The notes under the pieces are model-generated. The model did not search any database. It was given only the letters and a program-made list of their open reading frames with translations, and was not told where the DNA came from. A DNA stretch of 64,000 nucleotides from Candidatus Eiseniibacteriota bacterium (GTDB lineage: Bacteria > Eisenbacteria > RBG-16-71-46 > CAVPCR01): positions 64,001 to 128,000 of the forward strand of contig CAWGMA010000004.1 of NCBI GenBank assembly GCA_963823555.1, read 5' to 3'. Made by a program: the position numbers and the translations under genes. Below are positions 43,717 to 53,736 of the stretch, in pieces (positions within the stretch are counted from its first letter, which is position 1; every line of letters starts with the position of its first letter).

Positions 43717-46395
43717 ATGCTCGCCATGGTTACCGTGGCGGCTGGGGTTCTGATCTTCCGCCTTGCCGCAGCCGAGGCTGATCACGAGATTCCTCGAGAT
43801 CCAGCTGGCTTTTCTCCACGATTCGATGTCGCCGCCTGGGAGTCGGCCGAGAAGATCGCCTCCTTCGAGCGGACCCTGGCCCATCCGCGCCCCCCGACTG
43901 CCAATCAGCTCGACTGGGACGCCACCTACTACCGGCTCGACCTGATCCCGGATCACCCCGCGCGCCTCCTCACCGGCACGGTGGTCGCCGAGGGTCGGGT
44001 TGTCGCCGCGAGCCTCGACCAGGTGGACCTGGACTTGACGGTGAACCTGGTGGTCACGGGGGCGAGGGCAGGAGGCCTCCCAACCTCCTTCACGCATGCC
44101 AACGACATCCTGACGATCGGTCTCGATCGGCCCTACGTGAACGGTGAGATCTTCTCCGTCGCGATCGACTACTACGGTGACCCGGCAGGCGATTATTTCC
44201 GATGGGAGTCCTCGCCCTACGGCCGGCGCTTGACCAGGACCACGTCGGAGCCGTACGGGGCACGCGAGTGGTGGCCGTGCAAGGATCAGGCGGCGGACAA
44301 GGCTGACTCGGTCGACATGCGGGTCAGCGTTCCCCCGGACATGATCGTGGCCGGAAACGGCAAGCTCATGTCCGTGGCCCCGAACGGCGACCTCGTCACC
44401 CATCACTGGCACGAAGGGTACCCGATCGCCACCTACCTCGTGGCCATGGCCATCCATCCCTACCGCCAGTTCTCCGACTGGTACCATTACGCGCCGAGCG
44501 ACTCGATGGAGCTCCAGTTCTTCGCCTATCCCGAGGACTACAACGCGGTCCAGGAGAACTGGGGCAAGGCGAAGGATATGCTCGGGATCTTCGCCGATCG
44601 CTTCGGGGAGTATCCGTTCCTGGCGGAGAAGTACGGACATGCACAGACTCCTGGGGGGATGGAAAACCAGACCTGCTCCTTTCTGGGCTATAGGTACGAA
44701 TCGACGATCGCTCATGAGCTGGCTCATCAGTGGTGGGGGGATTACGTCACCTGCGCGAGCTTCCATCACATCTGGCTCAACGAGGGGTTCGCGACTTACA
44801 GCGAAGCGCTTTACTTGGAAGCGCTCAACGGGGAGCAGGCGCTGCACGAGGCAATGGCGTACAACGTGTACTACGGTCCGGGCACGATCTATGTCGAGGA
44901 TCCGAGCGATCCCGGAGAGATCTTCTCTCCTTTCCTCACCTACAAGAAGGCCTCCTGGGTGGTGCACATGCTCCGCCACGTGGTCGGGGATGAGATCTTT
45001 CTCGATATCCTGCAGCAGTATGGTGCCGCCTTCGCTCACGGCAATGCGACCACGGAGGACTTCCAGGCGGTGGCGGAGAGCGTGTCTGGACGGAACCTGG
45101 GGCCCTTCTTCCAGCAGTGGATCTACGGGGAGGGCTTCCCGATCTACGAGTACGCATGGATGGCAGAGCCACAGGGCGACAGCTGGGAGATGATGCTCAC
45201 CATCGATCAGCTGCAGAGCGGCCAGACCTTCGCCATGCCGATCGACATCGAGATCGTGTTCGCTGATGGTGGCAGCGAGACCCAGGTTGTCAACAACGAC
45301 ATGGCTTCGCAGCAGTTCGTGCTGACCGCGGCCGGGGAACCGGTTCACGTCCGGCTCGACCCGGACGACTGGATCCTCTGCCAGCGGGTGGTCGGGATCA
45401 TGAACCCGACGCTCGATGAGGGCATCCTGCTCGTCAACGGCATCGACTGGGAGCAGTACGGCAGCGAAGCTCTCGCAGCCTATGAGGCCCGTGCCTTCTT
45501 CGGGGACCACGAGATCGCCTTCTGGGATTTCTTCCCGGCCCCGGTGGGTGGTTATCCTCCGACGTTACCGGCACCGCTTGGCCATGGCCCGGGAGCGTCC
45601 TCGGTCATGGGCCGGTACTCGTCGGTGGTCTGGGTCGGCAACCGTTCCAACGGCGATCTGGAGCACTGGCTCGAATCCCCGAACATCCGCTACCTCGAGG
45701 CTGGAGGCAACATTCTGCTCATGCCCAGGAACGGGTATTCGTTCTTCACGGAAGAGCTGAGCGAGTACCTGGGCATCGAATGGACCACCCCCTACGTCCT
45801 GCACGGCGCGACCGCGACTTACCCCGGCCTCCGCGACATGACGCCGATCGGCAGCCAGGACCAGTGCTCTTCCTTCGACAAGGATCGGCTCGGACCCGAG
45901 ACCACCCTCCTCTTTGACGATCCCAGCTACACCCCGCCTGCGGGGATCGGCGCCTGGCGGACGGCAACGGCCGGCGGGGAGTTCGTGTTCCTTTCAGGAC
46001 GACCCTACCGCTGGGATCGCGAGGCGCTGCACGACAACACCGACTTCATCCTGCGAGCGCTCTTCGGTGAGGGGGAGCCCACGACGGTGCCCGACTCGAG
46101 CCCGGCCGGGGCGATCTACGTCTTGCGCCTCGGCCCTTGTGTGCCGAACCCCATGACCGCTTCGACCCGTGTCGGGTTCGAGCTCCCGCACCAGGGACCC
46201 GTATCGATCCGGATCTACGATGTGGCCGGGAGATGGGTGCGCACACTCCTCGATGGCGGCCGGGAGGCCGGTCCTCAGGCTGTGGCCTGGGACGGGCGAA
46301 ACGGTCACGGGCAGCCCGTCGGCTCAGGCGTCTACTACATCCGCCTAGAGGCAAACAGCGGCCAGGATCGACGTCCAGTCATCGTCGTCCGCTAG
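43717..46395 (+). CDS. Secreted M1 aminopeptidase with FlgD-Ig C-terminus (start uncertain)
   Basis: GGMEN, HELAHQWWG, WLNEGFATY, YKK; PNP...IYDVAGRWVR..SGVYYIR. Confidence 0.88.
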   Translation: MLAMVTVAAGVLIFRLAAAEADHEIPRDPAGFSPRFDVAAWESAEKIASFERTLAHPRPPTANQLDWDATYYRLDLIPDHPARLLTGTVVAEGRVVAASLDQVDLDLTVNLVVTGARAGGLPTSFTHANDILTIGLDRPYVNGEIFSVAIDYYGDPAGDYFRWESSPYGRRLTRTTSEPYGAREWWPCKDQAADKADSVDMRVSVPPDMIVAGNGKLMSVAPNGDLVTHHWHEGYPIATYLVAMAIHPYRQFSDWYHYAPSDSMELQFFAYPEDYNAVQENWGKAKDMLGIFADRFGEYPFLAEKYGHAQTPGGMENQTCSFLGYRYESTIAHELAHQWWGDYVTCASFHHIWLNEGFATYSEALYLEALNGEQALHEAMAYNVYYGPGTIYVEDPSDPGEIFSPFLTYKKASWVVHMLRHVVGDEIFLDILQQYGAAFAHGNATTEDFQAVAESVSGRNLGPFFQQWIYGEGFPIYEYAWMAEPQGDSWEMMLTIDQLQSGQTFAMPIDIEIVFADGGSETQVVNNDMASQQFVLTAAGEPVHVRLDPDDWILCQRVVGIMNPTLDEGILLVNGIDWEQYGSEALAAYEARAFFGDHEIAFWDFFPAPVGGYPPTLPAPLGHGPGASSVMGRYSSVVWVGNRSNGDLEHWLESPNIRYLEAGGNILLMPRNGYSFFTEELSEYLGIEWTTPYVLHGATATYPGLRDMTPIGSQDQCSSFDKDRLGPETTLLFDDPSYTPPAGIGAWRTATAGGEFVFLSGRPYRWDREALHDNTDFILRALFGEGEPTTVPDSSPAGAIYVLRLGPCVPNPMTASTRVGFELPHQGPVSIRIYDVAGRWVRTLLDGGREAGPQAVAWDGRNGHGQPVGSGVYYIRLEANSGQDRRPVIVVR

Positions 46396-47317
46396 TCGCT
46401 GTTGTCAACGGACGGCACATGAGTAGGTCTTGGCTAGCTTGGCTAGCGGACCCGAAGATTTGCGACCCTCGACAGCCTCCCCCTTTTCCCCCGGAGCCCG
46501 TCGGCGGCGAGGCACACGGCGCACCGACCGGCCACCCCGCTCGGGGTTCGAACCGCGGACTCGCGTTCGGCGGTGGCAGTCCCACGTGCAGTTTCCACGG
46601 CGTCCGACCGCCCAATGCCTGGCTCGGTCGGTATTGGTTGTGGCGCATGGGATGTTTCATCGGTCATTTGGCGTGAACTGGTGGCAACCGCTGGCGCCAG
46701 CGGGAGCGGTTGGCGAACACGCCGTGGTATCGCACGAGATGGCTGACTCGCGATCGATCTCGCGGAGGCCCGCCGCGACGGCGGCGGATTCGACGATCCG
46801 CTGTTCGCCACCGTCAACGCAGGTTACAGAAGTGACAACGGCGTTGGCGGTCAGCGGTTGGGGTGTAGATCAGACCCCGTCGGCCGTCCTCGTGAAGCCT
46901 CCGGGCGGTGGATTTTCGCTGAGAGCTCGGCATGATCCGTGCTCCTTCTGTCCAATGAAGGAGATGGACGCAGCAGACGGGGAGTGGGAGCCTGTCTGGC
47001 TGACGTCGAAGACGAAGACACGATCGCCGTTGCCTACTGCCGACTGCGCTGCGAGCGAGTGGGGGCGCTCGTTCGAGGTGGTGGACGGGTTGGCCGAGGG
47101 CTGTTCTCAGGAGAGCGGACGCGACGATGTCCGGGGGGCGGACCTGGCCACGAACGCGTTTGCAGGAGGTGGGTTCCGCTCGTGCAGGCGACCGCGTTTG
47201 CGCGGGCGGCGGCGGGTCTCGTCACGAACGCGTTTGCTGCGGTGGGAGAGTGAGCTTGAACCGGCATCGCAGAACGCGTCAGCGCAGGGCTAGGGTCCGG
47301 ACGAGTCGCCCGGCCAG

Positions 47318-47465
47318 GGAGCGCTCTGGCTGCCAATTGGGTGGCACTTCGCCTGGAACGCGGCCCAGGGCTGGCTCTTCGGGTGCGCCGTGACGCTCGT
47401 CCTCTACCTGAGGTTCATCCCGGCGCGCCGCCTGCCGGATCAGGCGCCCGACGGGCCGACCGCGA
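47318..47465 (+). repeat. Diverged, internally deleted copy of the CPBP gene 3' end (matches 42747-42822 plus 42943-43017)
   Basis: Encodes GALWLPIGWHFAWNAAQGWLFGCAV/TLVLYLRFIPAR; direct nucleotide alignment by eye. Confidence 0.9.
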
Positions 47466-48657
47466 TATCGACTCCGATCGCTTCGTGATCGGAGAGCGGG
47501 CGCTCGCCATTGTCGCGGTACTCGCGGATCACGACTGGATTCCGGGCGCTGAGGTCCCGGGTGGCGAACCAGTCCAGCTTGAGCGGACAGCGGCCGCCGT
47601 GGTTGCGGAGCGCCCAGCGGATGAACGCGAAGCACCACCCCGGCACCCATTCGCCGAGGCTCCGCCTCGTCCTGAGATCGGCGATGTCGTAGCTGAGGGT
47701 GGGTTCGCCGAGCACGTTCGAGCGGCGATAGTCGAAGCCGCGGCGTTCGAGGAGGTGGAAGAGCTCGCGCTCGAAGCGCGCCTCCGGATGGAGATAGTGG
47801 CTCCGGATGACGTGGTCGACCCCCATCAGCACGCGCCGCCAGAAGCCGAGAATGGCGGGGAGGGCGTGCGATGAGTTGTAGGTCGATGTGTTCCAGTCGC
47901 CCCCGATGACCGCCGGCCCGTCGTCGCCGATACCGTCGATCACGTCCTGGATCTGGTCGTGCCGGTGGCGGCGCGTGGATTGCGCGTCGAGATGGGTGGT
48001 GACCGCGATGAGGCGGGCGTTCGGGAACTCGATCTCGGCGGCGAGCGCCTGCTTCAAGCCGAGGCGTTTCTCGCGCCCGGTCATCTTGTCCTTGCCGTTC
48101 TCGAGCTGGATCGGCCACACCCGCGAGAACGGATAGCGGGAGAGCAAGGCGTTGCCATGCAGGCCGAGCGTGTTCTCTCCGCTGGCGAAGTACTCGATTC
48201 CCGCGCCCTTCGACAGGTTGATGTAGGACGGGATGAACGCGTAGTGCATGCCGAGAGCCTGGGCGATCTCGCGCGCGACGGCTCGATTCCCGGAGCGTGC
48301 CATGCCGACATCGGTCTCGGTCAGCATGAGGACGTCCGCGGTGCTCAGGTACGGATGCGTGCGGAGCGCCTGGATCTGACGGTCGAGCTCGATGCCGCGC
48401 TCCAGGTTCCAGGCGAGGAACCGGTAGCGGGGCCGCGCCGGGGCCGGCCCGGGCGAGAAGCTCCCGGTCTCCGGTGTGGAGAGCACGCGGCGCACGAGGG
48501 GGGCGATCCGCGAATAGAGCGGATGCCGCGCGAGCTCGGCGCTCGACCGGCAACGCGCTAGCGTGGCGAAATGCGGGGCGATCTCGCTGCGGATGAGCGC
48601 GTGGATCTCGAGATCGGTGGGACTCGGAGCGATGTGTTCTTCGATTGAGATCATGAT
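47440..48657 (-). CDS. Endonuclease/exonuclease/phosphatase family protein
   Basis: AWNLERG, LTETD, GNALLSRYP, THLD, GGDWN, KLDWF, SDH. Confidence 0.87.
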   Translation of the reverse strand: MMISIEEHIAPSPTDLEIHALIRSEIAPHFATLARCRSSAELARHPLYSRIAPLVRRVLSTPETGSFSPGPAPARPRYRFLAWNLERGIELDRQIQALRTHPYLSTADVLMLTETDVGMARSGNRAVAREIAQALGMHYAFIPSYINLSKGAGIEYFASGENTLGLHGNALLSRYPFSRVWPIQLENGKDKMTGREKRLGLKQALAAEIEFPNARLIAVTTHLDAQSTRRHRHDQIQDVIDGIGDDGPAVIGGDWNTSTYNSSHALPAILGFWRRVLMGVDHVIRSHYLHPEARFERELFHLLERRGFDYRRSNVLGEPTLSYDIADLRTRRSLGEWVPGWCFAFIRWALRNHGGRCPLKLDWFATRDLSARNPVVIREYRDNGERPLSDHEAIGVDIAVGPSGA

Positions 48658-48675
48658 GGCGTTGGTTCGGGGACC

Positions 48676-49887
48676 TCAAGCGGGTGGTGCTGAGGGACGA
48701 GCGGCAAGCGCACGAGCCAGACGTCGATACTGGGGGCCGGCATTATACAGCTGGGCCGAGATCCGTACCAGCCGTTTGGGTGGTGCGGGCCAAGTGATGA
48801 TGGGAACCTCGATTGCATGCTCGGTGAAGAGAGCGGCCTGGAGCGGGTCGGCGGCGGTGGCGGTCGCCGCGGCCGGAAATCCCGGGGGCAGGGGGATCGC
48901 CGCCAGGGATCCGATCATCTCATCCGGGCAGGGTGGGGGCACCTCGAGCGCGGCGCAGAGGAGGGCGCGGGCCTCGATGGCGAGCTCCCGGTTCCGCCGC
49001 ATGACCTCGGGCCAGCCCCCGGGGACAAGAGAGCCCACGACGCGGATCGCCTCCGGCACGCAGAGATAGGCGGTCGGATCGTCGGTGCCGGTCCAGTCGA
49101 ACTCGAGCCGGAAGCGGGAGCGATCGGCGCGCGGCGAGTTCATCCCGTGGCTGATCGTCACCGGGTGAATATCGGCCTGGCGGTCCCGGCGAACGTGAAG
49201 GAACGCGGCTCCCTTCGGCGCGCAGATCCACTTGTGGCAGTTCCCGGTCGTGTAGGCAGCGCCGAGCGCTTGGATGTCGAGGGACACCATGCCCGGAGCG
49301 TGGGCGGCATCGACGAGCGTGTCGATGCCCCGGCTCTCGAGCTCCCGCACCAGACGAGCGATGGGGAAGATGATCCCGGTCGGGCTCGTCACGTAGTCGA
49401 TGAGCGCGAGCCTTGTGCGCGCCGTGACCGCGCCGAGGATCGCCTCGACGACGCGCGCGGGCGAATCGACGGGGAAGGGCACCCGGGCCACGACCACCCG
49501 CGCCCCGCCCCGGGCGGCCACATACTCGAGGGCGTTGCGGCAGGCGTTGTAGGCGTGGTCGGTGGTGAGGATCTCGTCCCCCGCCGCCAGGCGGAGCGAG
49601 CGCAGGACCGCGTTCACTCCGGTCGTCGCGTTGGGGACGAAGGCGAGGTCGTCGGGATCGGCGCCGACGAAGGCGGCGAGCTCGGCGCGGGCGTGATCGA
49701 GGAGCCCCTCGATCTCGCGGCCGAGGAAGCGGACCGGCTCGCTCTCGAGCCGCGCGCGCAGCTCCTGCTGCATGGCCAGGACTGCGGTCGGGCAGGCGCC
49801 GAAAGACCCGTGATTGAGGAACTGGATGTCGGGGTCGAGGGACCAGTGGCGCGCGAGCGGGGAGGCGCCGGCAGCAACGGAGTTCAT
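48676..49887 (-). CDS. Class V PLP aminotransferase (isopenicillin-N epimerase/Cys desulfhydrase-like)
   Basis: LNHGSFGACP, NATTGVN, DAAHAPG, GNCHKWICAPKG. Confidence 0.87.
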   Translation of the reverse strand: MNSVAAGASPLARHWSLDPDIQFLNHGSFGACPTAVLAMQQELRARLESEPVRFLGREIEGLLDHARAELAAFVGADPDDLAFVPNATTGVNAVLRSLRLAAGDEILTTDHAYNACRNALEYVAARGGARVVVARVPFPVDSPARVVEAILGAVTARTRLALIDYVTSPTGIIFPIARLVRELESRGIDTLVDAAHAPGMVSLDIQALGAAYTTGNCHKWICAPKGAAFLHVRRDRQADIHPVTISHGMNSPRADRSRFRLEFDWTGTDDPTAYLCVPEAIRVVGSLVPGGWPEVMRRNRELAIEARALLCAALEVPPPCPDEMIGSLAAIPLPPGFPAAATATAADPLQAALFTEHAIEVPIITWPAPPKRLVRISAQLYNAGPQYRRLARALAARPSAPPA

Positions 49888-50047
49888 GAGGGCCAGGAGT
49901 CTACCATGGGGCTCCACTGCGGGTGGTGACGCCTGGCCGTGAAGGACGGGTATAATGGTCGCTGGTCCCCCCTGAACGATGCGCCCCGGAGCCGGTTCCC
50001 GGCCTCGACCCGGCTGCCGTGGCGGCGCGCGAGAGAGGAACTCGAAG

Positions 50048-50842
50048 ATGCGATCGCGTCGAATCGCCCTCCTGCTCGGACTCGCCGGGCTCGTCCTGAG
50101 CCTGCCGGCCGCGGCCGGACCCGAATGTGCTTCCCACGATACTCCGGTGGCCACGGCCTCCGCCGAGACCCAGGCGGCCCAGGCTCCGGTCCCGGCTGAG
50201 CTCAAGGCCGAGGTGCCCGAGCTCGACCAGTTGCACGAGGTCATCCGGCCGCTCTGGCACGACGCGTGGCCCGAGAAGGACTACGCGCTCATGAAGGAGC
50301 TCTTGCCGCAGGTGAAGAAGGACGTCGCCGCGGTCGAGGCGGCGAAGCTCCCGGGAATCCTCCGTGACAAGCAGCCGGCGTGGGATGCGGGGGTCGAGAA
50401 GCTCACCGCCTCCACCGCCGCGTACGAGGCGGCGGTGGCCGCCGACGATGAGAAGGCGATGCTCGACTCCGTGGAGGTGCTGCATTCGGATTTCGAATCG
50501 CTCATCCGCACCATTCGACCCCGATCCGCGGAGCTCGAGGCGTATCACGTCGTTCTCTACCAGATCTACCACCATCATGGGCCGGCCAAGCAGCTGGATG
50601 CCCTGCGTCCGGCCGCGGCGGAGCTTGCCGCCAAGTGCGATGCCCTGGCCAAGACCGGGGCCCCGAGCCGCATCGCCGGCGATGAGGCCAAGACCAAGGC
50701 GTACGATGCCGAGGTGGCGGTTCTTTGCGGCAAGACGCAAGATCTCGTGAAGACAGCGGATGGCGGGGACTGGCAGGCGATCGCACCGGCCATCGAGACC
50801 GTGCATTCTCAGTACCTCGCGGTCGAGGGTTTGCTCGAGTAG
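50048..50842 (+). CDS. Secreted helical protein with internal His-containing duplication
   Basis: Signal peptide; LHEVIRPLWH/YHVVLYQIYH and VEVLHSDF/IETVHSQY repeats. Confidence 0.7.
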   Translation: MRSRRIALLLGLAGLVLSLPAAAGPECASHDTPVATASAETQAAQAPVPAELKAEVPELDQLHEVIRPLWHDAWPEKDYALMKELLPQVKKDVAAVEAAKLPGILRDKQPAWDAGVEKLTASTAAYEAAVAADDEKAMLDSVEVLHSDFESLIRTIRPRSAELEAYHVVLYQIYHHHGPAKQLDALRPAAAELAAKCDALAKTGAPSRIAGDEAKTKAYDAEVAVLCGKTQDLVKTADGGDWQAIAPAIETVHSQYLAVEGLLE

Positions 50843-50883
50843 GCAGTTCGGATGAACGCGGTCCGAGTTCAAGAGTGACTCCC

Positions 50884-51645
50884 ATGGAGACCATCGCCCG
50901 CGCCGCGGGCCTCATCGCGGCCTCCCGCCGGATGGTGGCGCTCACCGGCGCCGGCATCTCCACCGAGTCCGGGATTCCCGATTTCCGGAGCCCGACCGGT
51001 GTCTGGACCAAGTACGACCCGGAGGAATTCTCCTATCAGAACTTCCTCGCGCGCTCCACGGCGCGGCGGAAGTACTGGCGCTGGAGTTGCGAGATGTACC
51101 CGCTCATGCGCGACGCCGAGCCGAATGCCGGCCATCTGGCGCTGGTCGATCTCGAGCGCAGGGGGATCCTGCGCTGCGTCATCACCCAGAACATCGATGG
51201 GTTGCATCAGCGGGCGGGCTCGAGCGACGTCATCGAGCTCCACGGCAACGCCATGCGCGCGGGTTGCCTCGGCTGCGGCAAGGAATGGCCCCGCGACGAC
51301 GTGCAGCGCTGGTTAGAGGAGGACGGGGTCGAGGAGCCGACCTGCGATGCCTGCGGCGGACCGCTCAAGCCGAAGACGATCTCCTTCGGTCAGGCCATGC
51401 CCGAGGCGGAGACCCGGCGCGCCTTCATGGAGGTGGGTGCCTGCGATCTCCTGCTCGTGATCGGATCCTCGCTCGTGGTCTTTCCCGCTGCTTCCCTGGT
51501 GCCGGCGGCGAAGCAGGTCGGGGCGAGCATCGTTCTCGTCAACATGGTGCCCACGGACCTCGACGAGATCGCCGATGTCGTCCTTTGCGGCAAGGCCGGC
51601 GAGATGTTGCCCGCGATCACGGCGTGGCTCGAAACGCGGCGCTAG
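50884..51645 (+). CDS. cobB: Sirtuin NAD-dependent deacylase
   Basis: TGAGISTESGIPDFR, TQNIDGLHQRAG, ELHG, two CxxC, GSSL.VFPAA. Confidence 0.92.
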   Translation: METIARAAGLIAASRRMVALTGAGISTESGIPDFRSPTGVWTKYDPEEFSYQNFLARSTARRKYWRWSCEMYPLMRDAEPNAGHLALVDLERRGILRCVITQNIDGLHQRAGSSDVIELHGNAMRAGCLGCGKEWPRDDVQRWLEEDGVEEPTCDACGGPLKPKTISFGQAMPEAETRRAFMEVGACDLLLVIGSSLVVFPAASLVPAAKQVGASIVLVNMVPTDLDEIADVVLCGKAGEMLPAITAWLETRR

Positions 51646-51700
51646 CGATGGTGGGAGGGGCGCGCACCGCGCGCAGCGGCGCGCGCCCCGCTCCGCCAGC

Positions 51701-52231
51701 CTACATGCCCCACAGCTGCATGGTGTTGACGTCCTTGCCCTGCAGCTTCAGGTAGTAGAAGAGCTGACCCTTGTGCTGCCCGAGGTGGTGGATCATGCTC
51801 ATCAGGTGCTGGAACAGCGTGACCTCGGGGCCGCCCCAGGGAGCCGCCATCTTCTTGGTGAGCAGGTTCGGCTCCCCGGCCTTGGCGATGTACTCGAGGG
51901 CGACCGCCTTGTCCGCGGCGAGCTCCTTCAAGGCCGCATCGATGCTCGCCGCCGCGGGCATCTTCTCCGCCGGCGGGAGCATCTGATCCGGCGGCAGGTC
52001 CTCCATCTTCATCCCCTCCGGCATCCCCCAATCCCCGCTGACGAAGCCCTTGATCGCCATTCCGCAGGCGTTGGTGCAATGCTGGACGAGCTGCCCGGTG
52101 GTCATCCAGTTCTTGCCCGTGGCCGGCTTCCAGCCGAGCTGGTCGGGATCGACCATGCGAATCAGGTTCTCGGTTGCGGCATACATGCCGTTCGTTTCCT
52201 GCCTGAGGACATCGGTCAGCGTCATGACCAT
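51701..52231 (-). CDS. DinB/YfiT family protein
   Basis: WKP....MTTGQLVQH...HLGQHKGQLFYYLK. Confidence 0.8.
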   Translation of the reverse strand: MVMTLTDVLRQETNGMYAATENLIRMVDPDQLGWKPATGKNWMTTGQLVQHCTNACGMAIKGFVSGDWGMPEGMKMEDLPPDQMLPPAEKMPAAASIDAALKELAADKAVALEYIAKAGEPNLLTKKMAAPWGGPEVTLFQHLMSMIHHLGQHKGQLFYYLKLQGKDVNTMQLWGM

Positions 52232-52317
52232 TATCTCCTTGCGTTCATGATCGACGAGTACGGTGACGGGGGGTGATCGGACGAGTTCGTAACGTGTCCG
52301 GCCGACCAGAGGTTGCG

Positions 52318-53676
52318 CTAGGTGCCCGAAACGGCGAGCTCGCGCACGCGGAAGGTCGGCGTCTTGGTGGCGTGGTCCCAGACGAGGTCGTCAGCGACGG
52401 CGTCCACGCCCGAGAGGATCTCCTCGAGCGAGCCGGCCACCGTCACCCGCGCCACGGCCGATGTCGGCTTGCCCTTCTCGATCCAGAGCCCGCTGGCCGC
52501 GCTCGAGAACTGCGGGTTCGAAGGGTCCATCCCGATCCACCATCCCGCGAGGTTCCATATCCACAGCCCCTTCTCGATCGGGGCCACGAGCTCCTCGACG
52601 GCCATCGTGCCCGGCACCATGGTGAGGTTGCTCGAGCGGATCTCCGGGAGCCCGGCATAGCCGCCGCGCCGCGAGTTGCCGTTCGATGCCGTTCCCATTC
52701 GCTTCGCTGCGGTGAGATCGAGGAGCATTCCCGACACCTTGCCCTTGTCGAGAAGGGTCACGTCACGCGTGTCGACTCCTTCGCCGTCGAACGGGGCGCT
52801 GGCCAGTCCGCCGCGCCGCCGCCCGTCATCGTGGATGGTGACGAGCGTGCTCCCGATCGCCGCCGCCCCGCGCTCGGCGAGCCATGATCGGTTCTTGCTC
52901 AGATGGTCGCCGTTGAGCGCCACGGCGAGGCGCAGGAGGAGCGTCCACCCGACATCGGTGCTGAAGACGACAGGGTAGCGGCCGGTTGGTACCGGCCGTC
53001 CACCGATGAGCTTGATCGCCCGCTCTGCCGCGCGCTTTCCGATCTCCTCGGGTGCGGCGAGATCCTGCCAGCGCGTCGCCTCGAACGAATAGTCCCCGGG
53101 CTGCAACTCGCCCTCGGCTTCGGCAATGACGCTGACGCCGGCCTGGGCATAGCTCTGGCGATAGTGGCGGAAGAGCCCGCGCGTGCTGGCGATCCAGCTC
53201 GAGCTGAGGGTCTCGTCGAAACTGGCGCCGTCGCTGCGACGGATCCTGGCGTCGACGGCGCGGGCAGCTGCTTCGGCGGCCCGTGCGCGGTCGATCTTCT
53301 CGTCGATCGAGTGCGTCTCGAGCGCTGGATCGAGGAGGGCGAGGGCCTCGCCCTCATCGCGGCCATCCCCCGGGCCGGTGGGTTCGGGGAGGACCAGATC
53401 ATCGCGCGGACTCGCGGCGCGCGCCAGCTCGAGCGCCTTCTCGGCGGCGGGCTTGACGCCGTCGGCATCGAGGGTCGTGGTATGGGCGAAACCGAGGCGG
53501 CCATCCTTCATGGCGCGGACGCCGAGGCCCCGGACGTCGGCACGCGAAATCGTTTCGAGTATTCCATCCCGCACCCGAATGCCGAGCTGGCGACTCTCCT
53601 CGAGGTAGGCATCCCCCTCGGCACCACCCTTCTTGAGCACATCGAGCACCTGATCGAGCAGCGATCGCACGTCCAC
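52318..53676 (-). CDS. pmbA: TldE/PmbA family protein
   Basis: GLGVRA..DGRLGFA, GRYPVVF, PFDGEGV, SNGNSRR, TPTF. Confidence 0.87.
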   Translation of the reverse strand: MDVRSLLDQVLDVLKKGGAEGDAYLEESRQLGIRVRDGILETISRADVRGLGVRAMKDGRLGFAHTTTLDADGVKPAAEKALELARAASPRDDLVLPEPTGPGDGRDEGEALALLDPALETHSIDEKIDRARAAEAAARAVDARIRRSDGASFDETLSSSWIASTRGLFRHYRQSYAQAGVSVIAEAEGELQPGDYSFEATRWQDLAAPEEIGKRAAERAIKLIGGRPVPTGRYPVVFSTDVGWTLLLRLAVALNGDHLSKNRSWLAERGAAAIGSTLVTIHDDGRRRGGLASAPFDGEGVDTRDVTLLDKGKVSGMLLDLTAAKRMGTASNGNSRRGGYAGLPEIRSSNLTMVPGTMAVEELVAPIEKGLWIWNLAGWWIGMDPSNPQFSSAASGLWIEKGKPTSAVARVTVAGSLEEILSGVDAVADDLVWDHATKTPTFRVRELAVSGT

Positions 53677-53736
53677 TTCCAGCCTCCTCTGCCCTCCCCG
53701 CCGCGTGGCCGGAGCGCCCGGCGTCGTCGGCCGGGG

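Noticed and set aside
47149..47280. Mini-CRISPR
   Set aside because: Only two exact 15-bp copies, too short and irregular, with no cas genes or leader
47440..51645. EEP nuclease plus sirtuin (and the PLD at 24790-26133) as an anti-phage system
   Set aside because: The sirtuin is a canonical CobB type, the PLD has a signal-like N-terminus, and the genes are not co-organised
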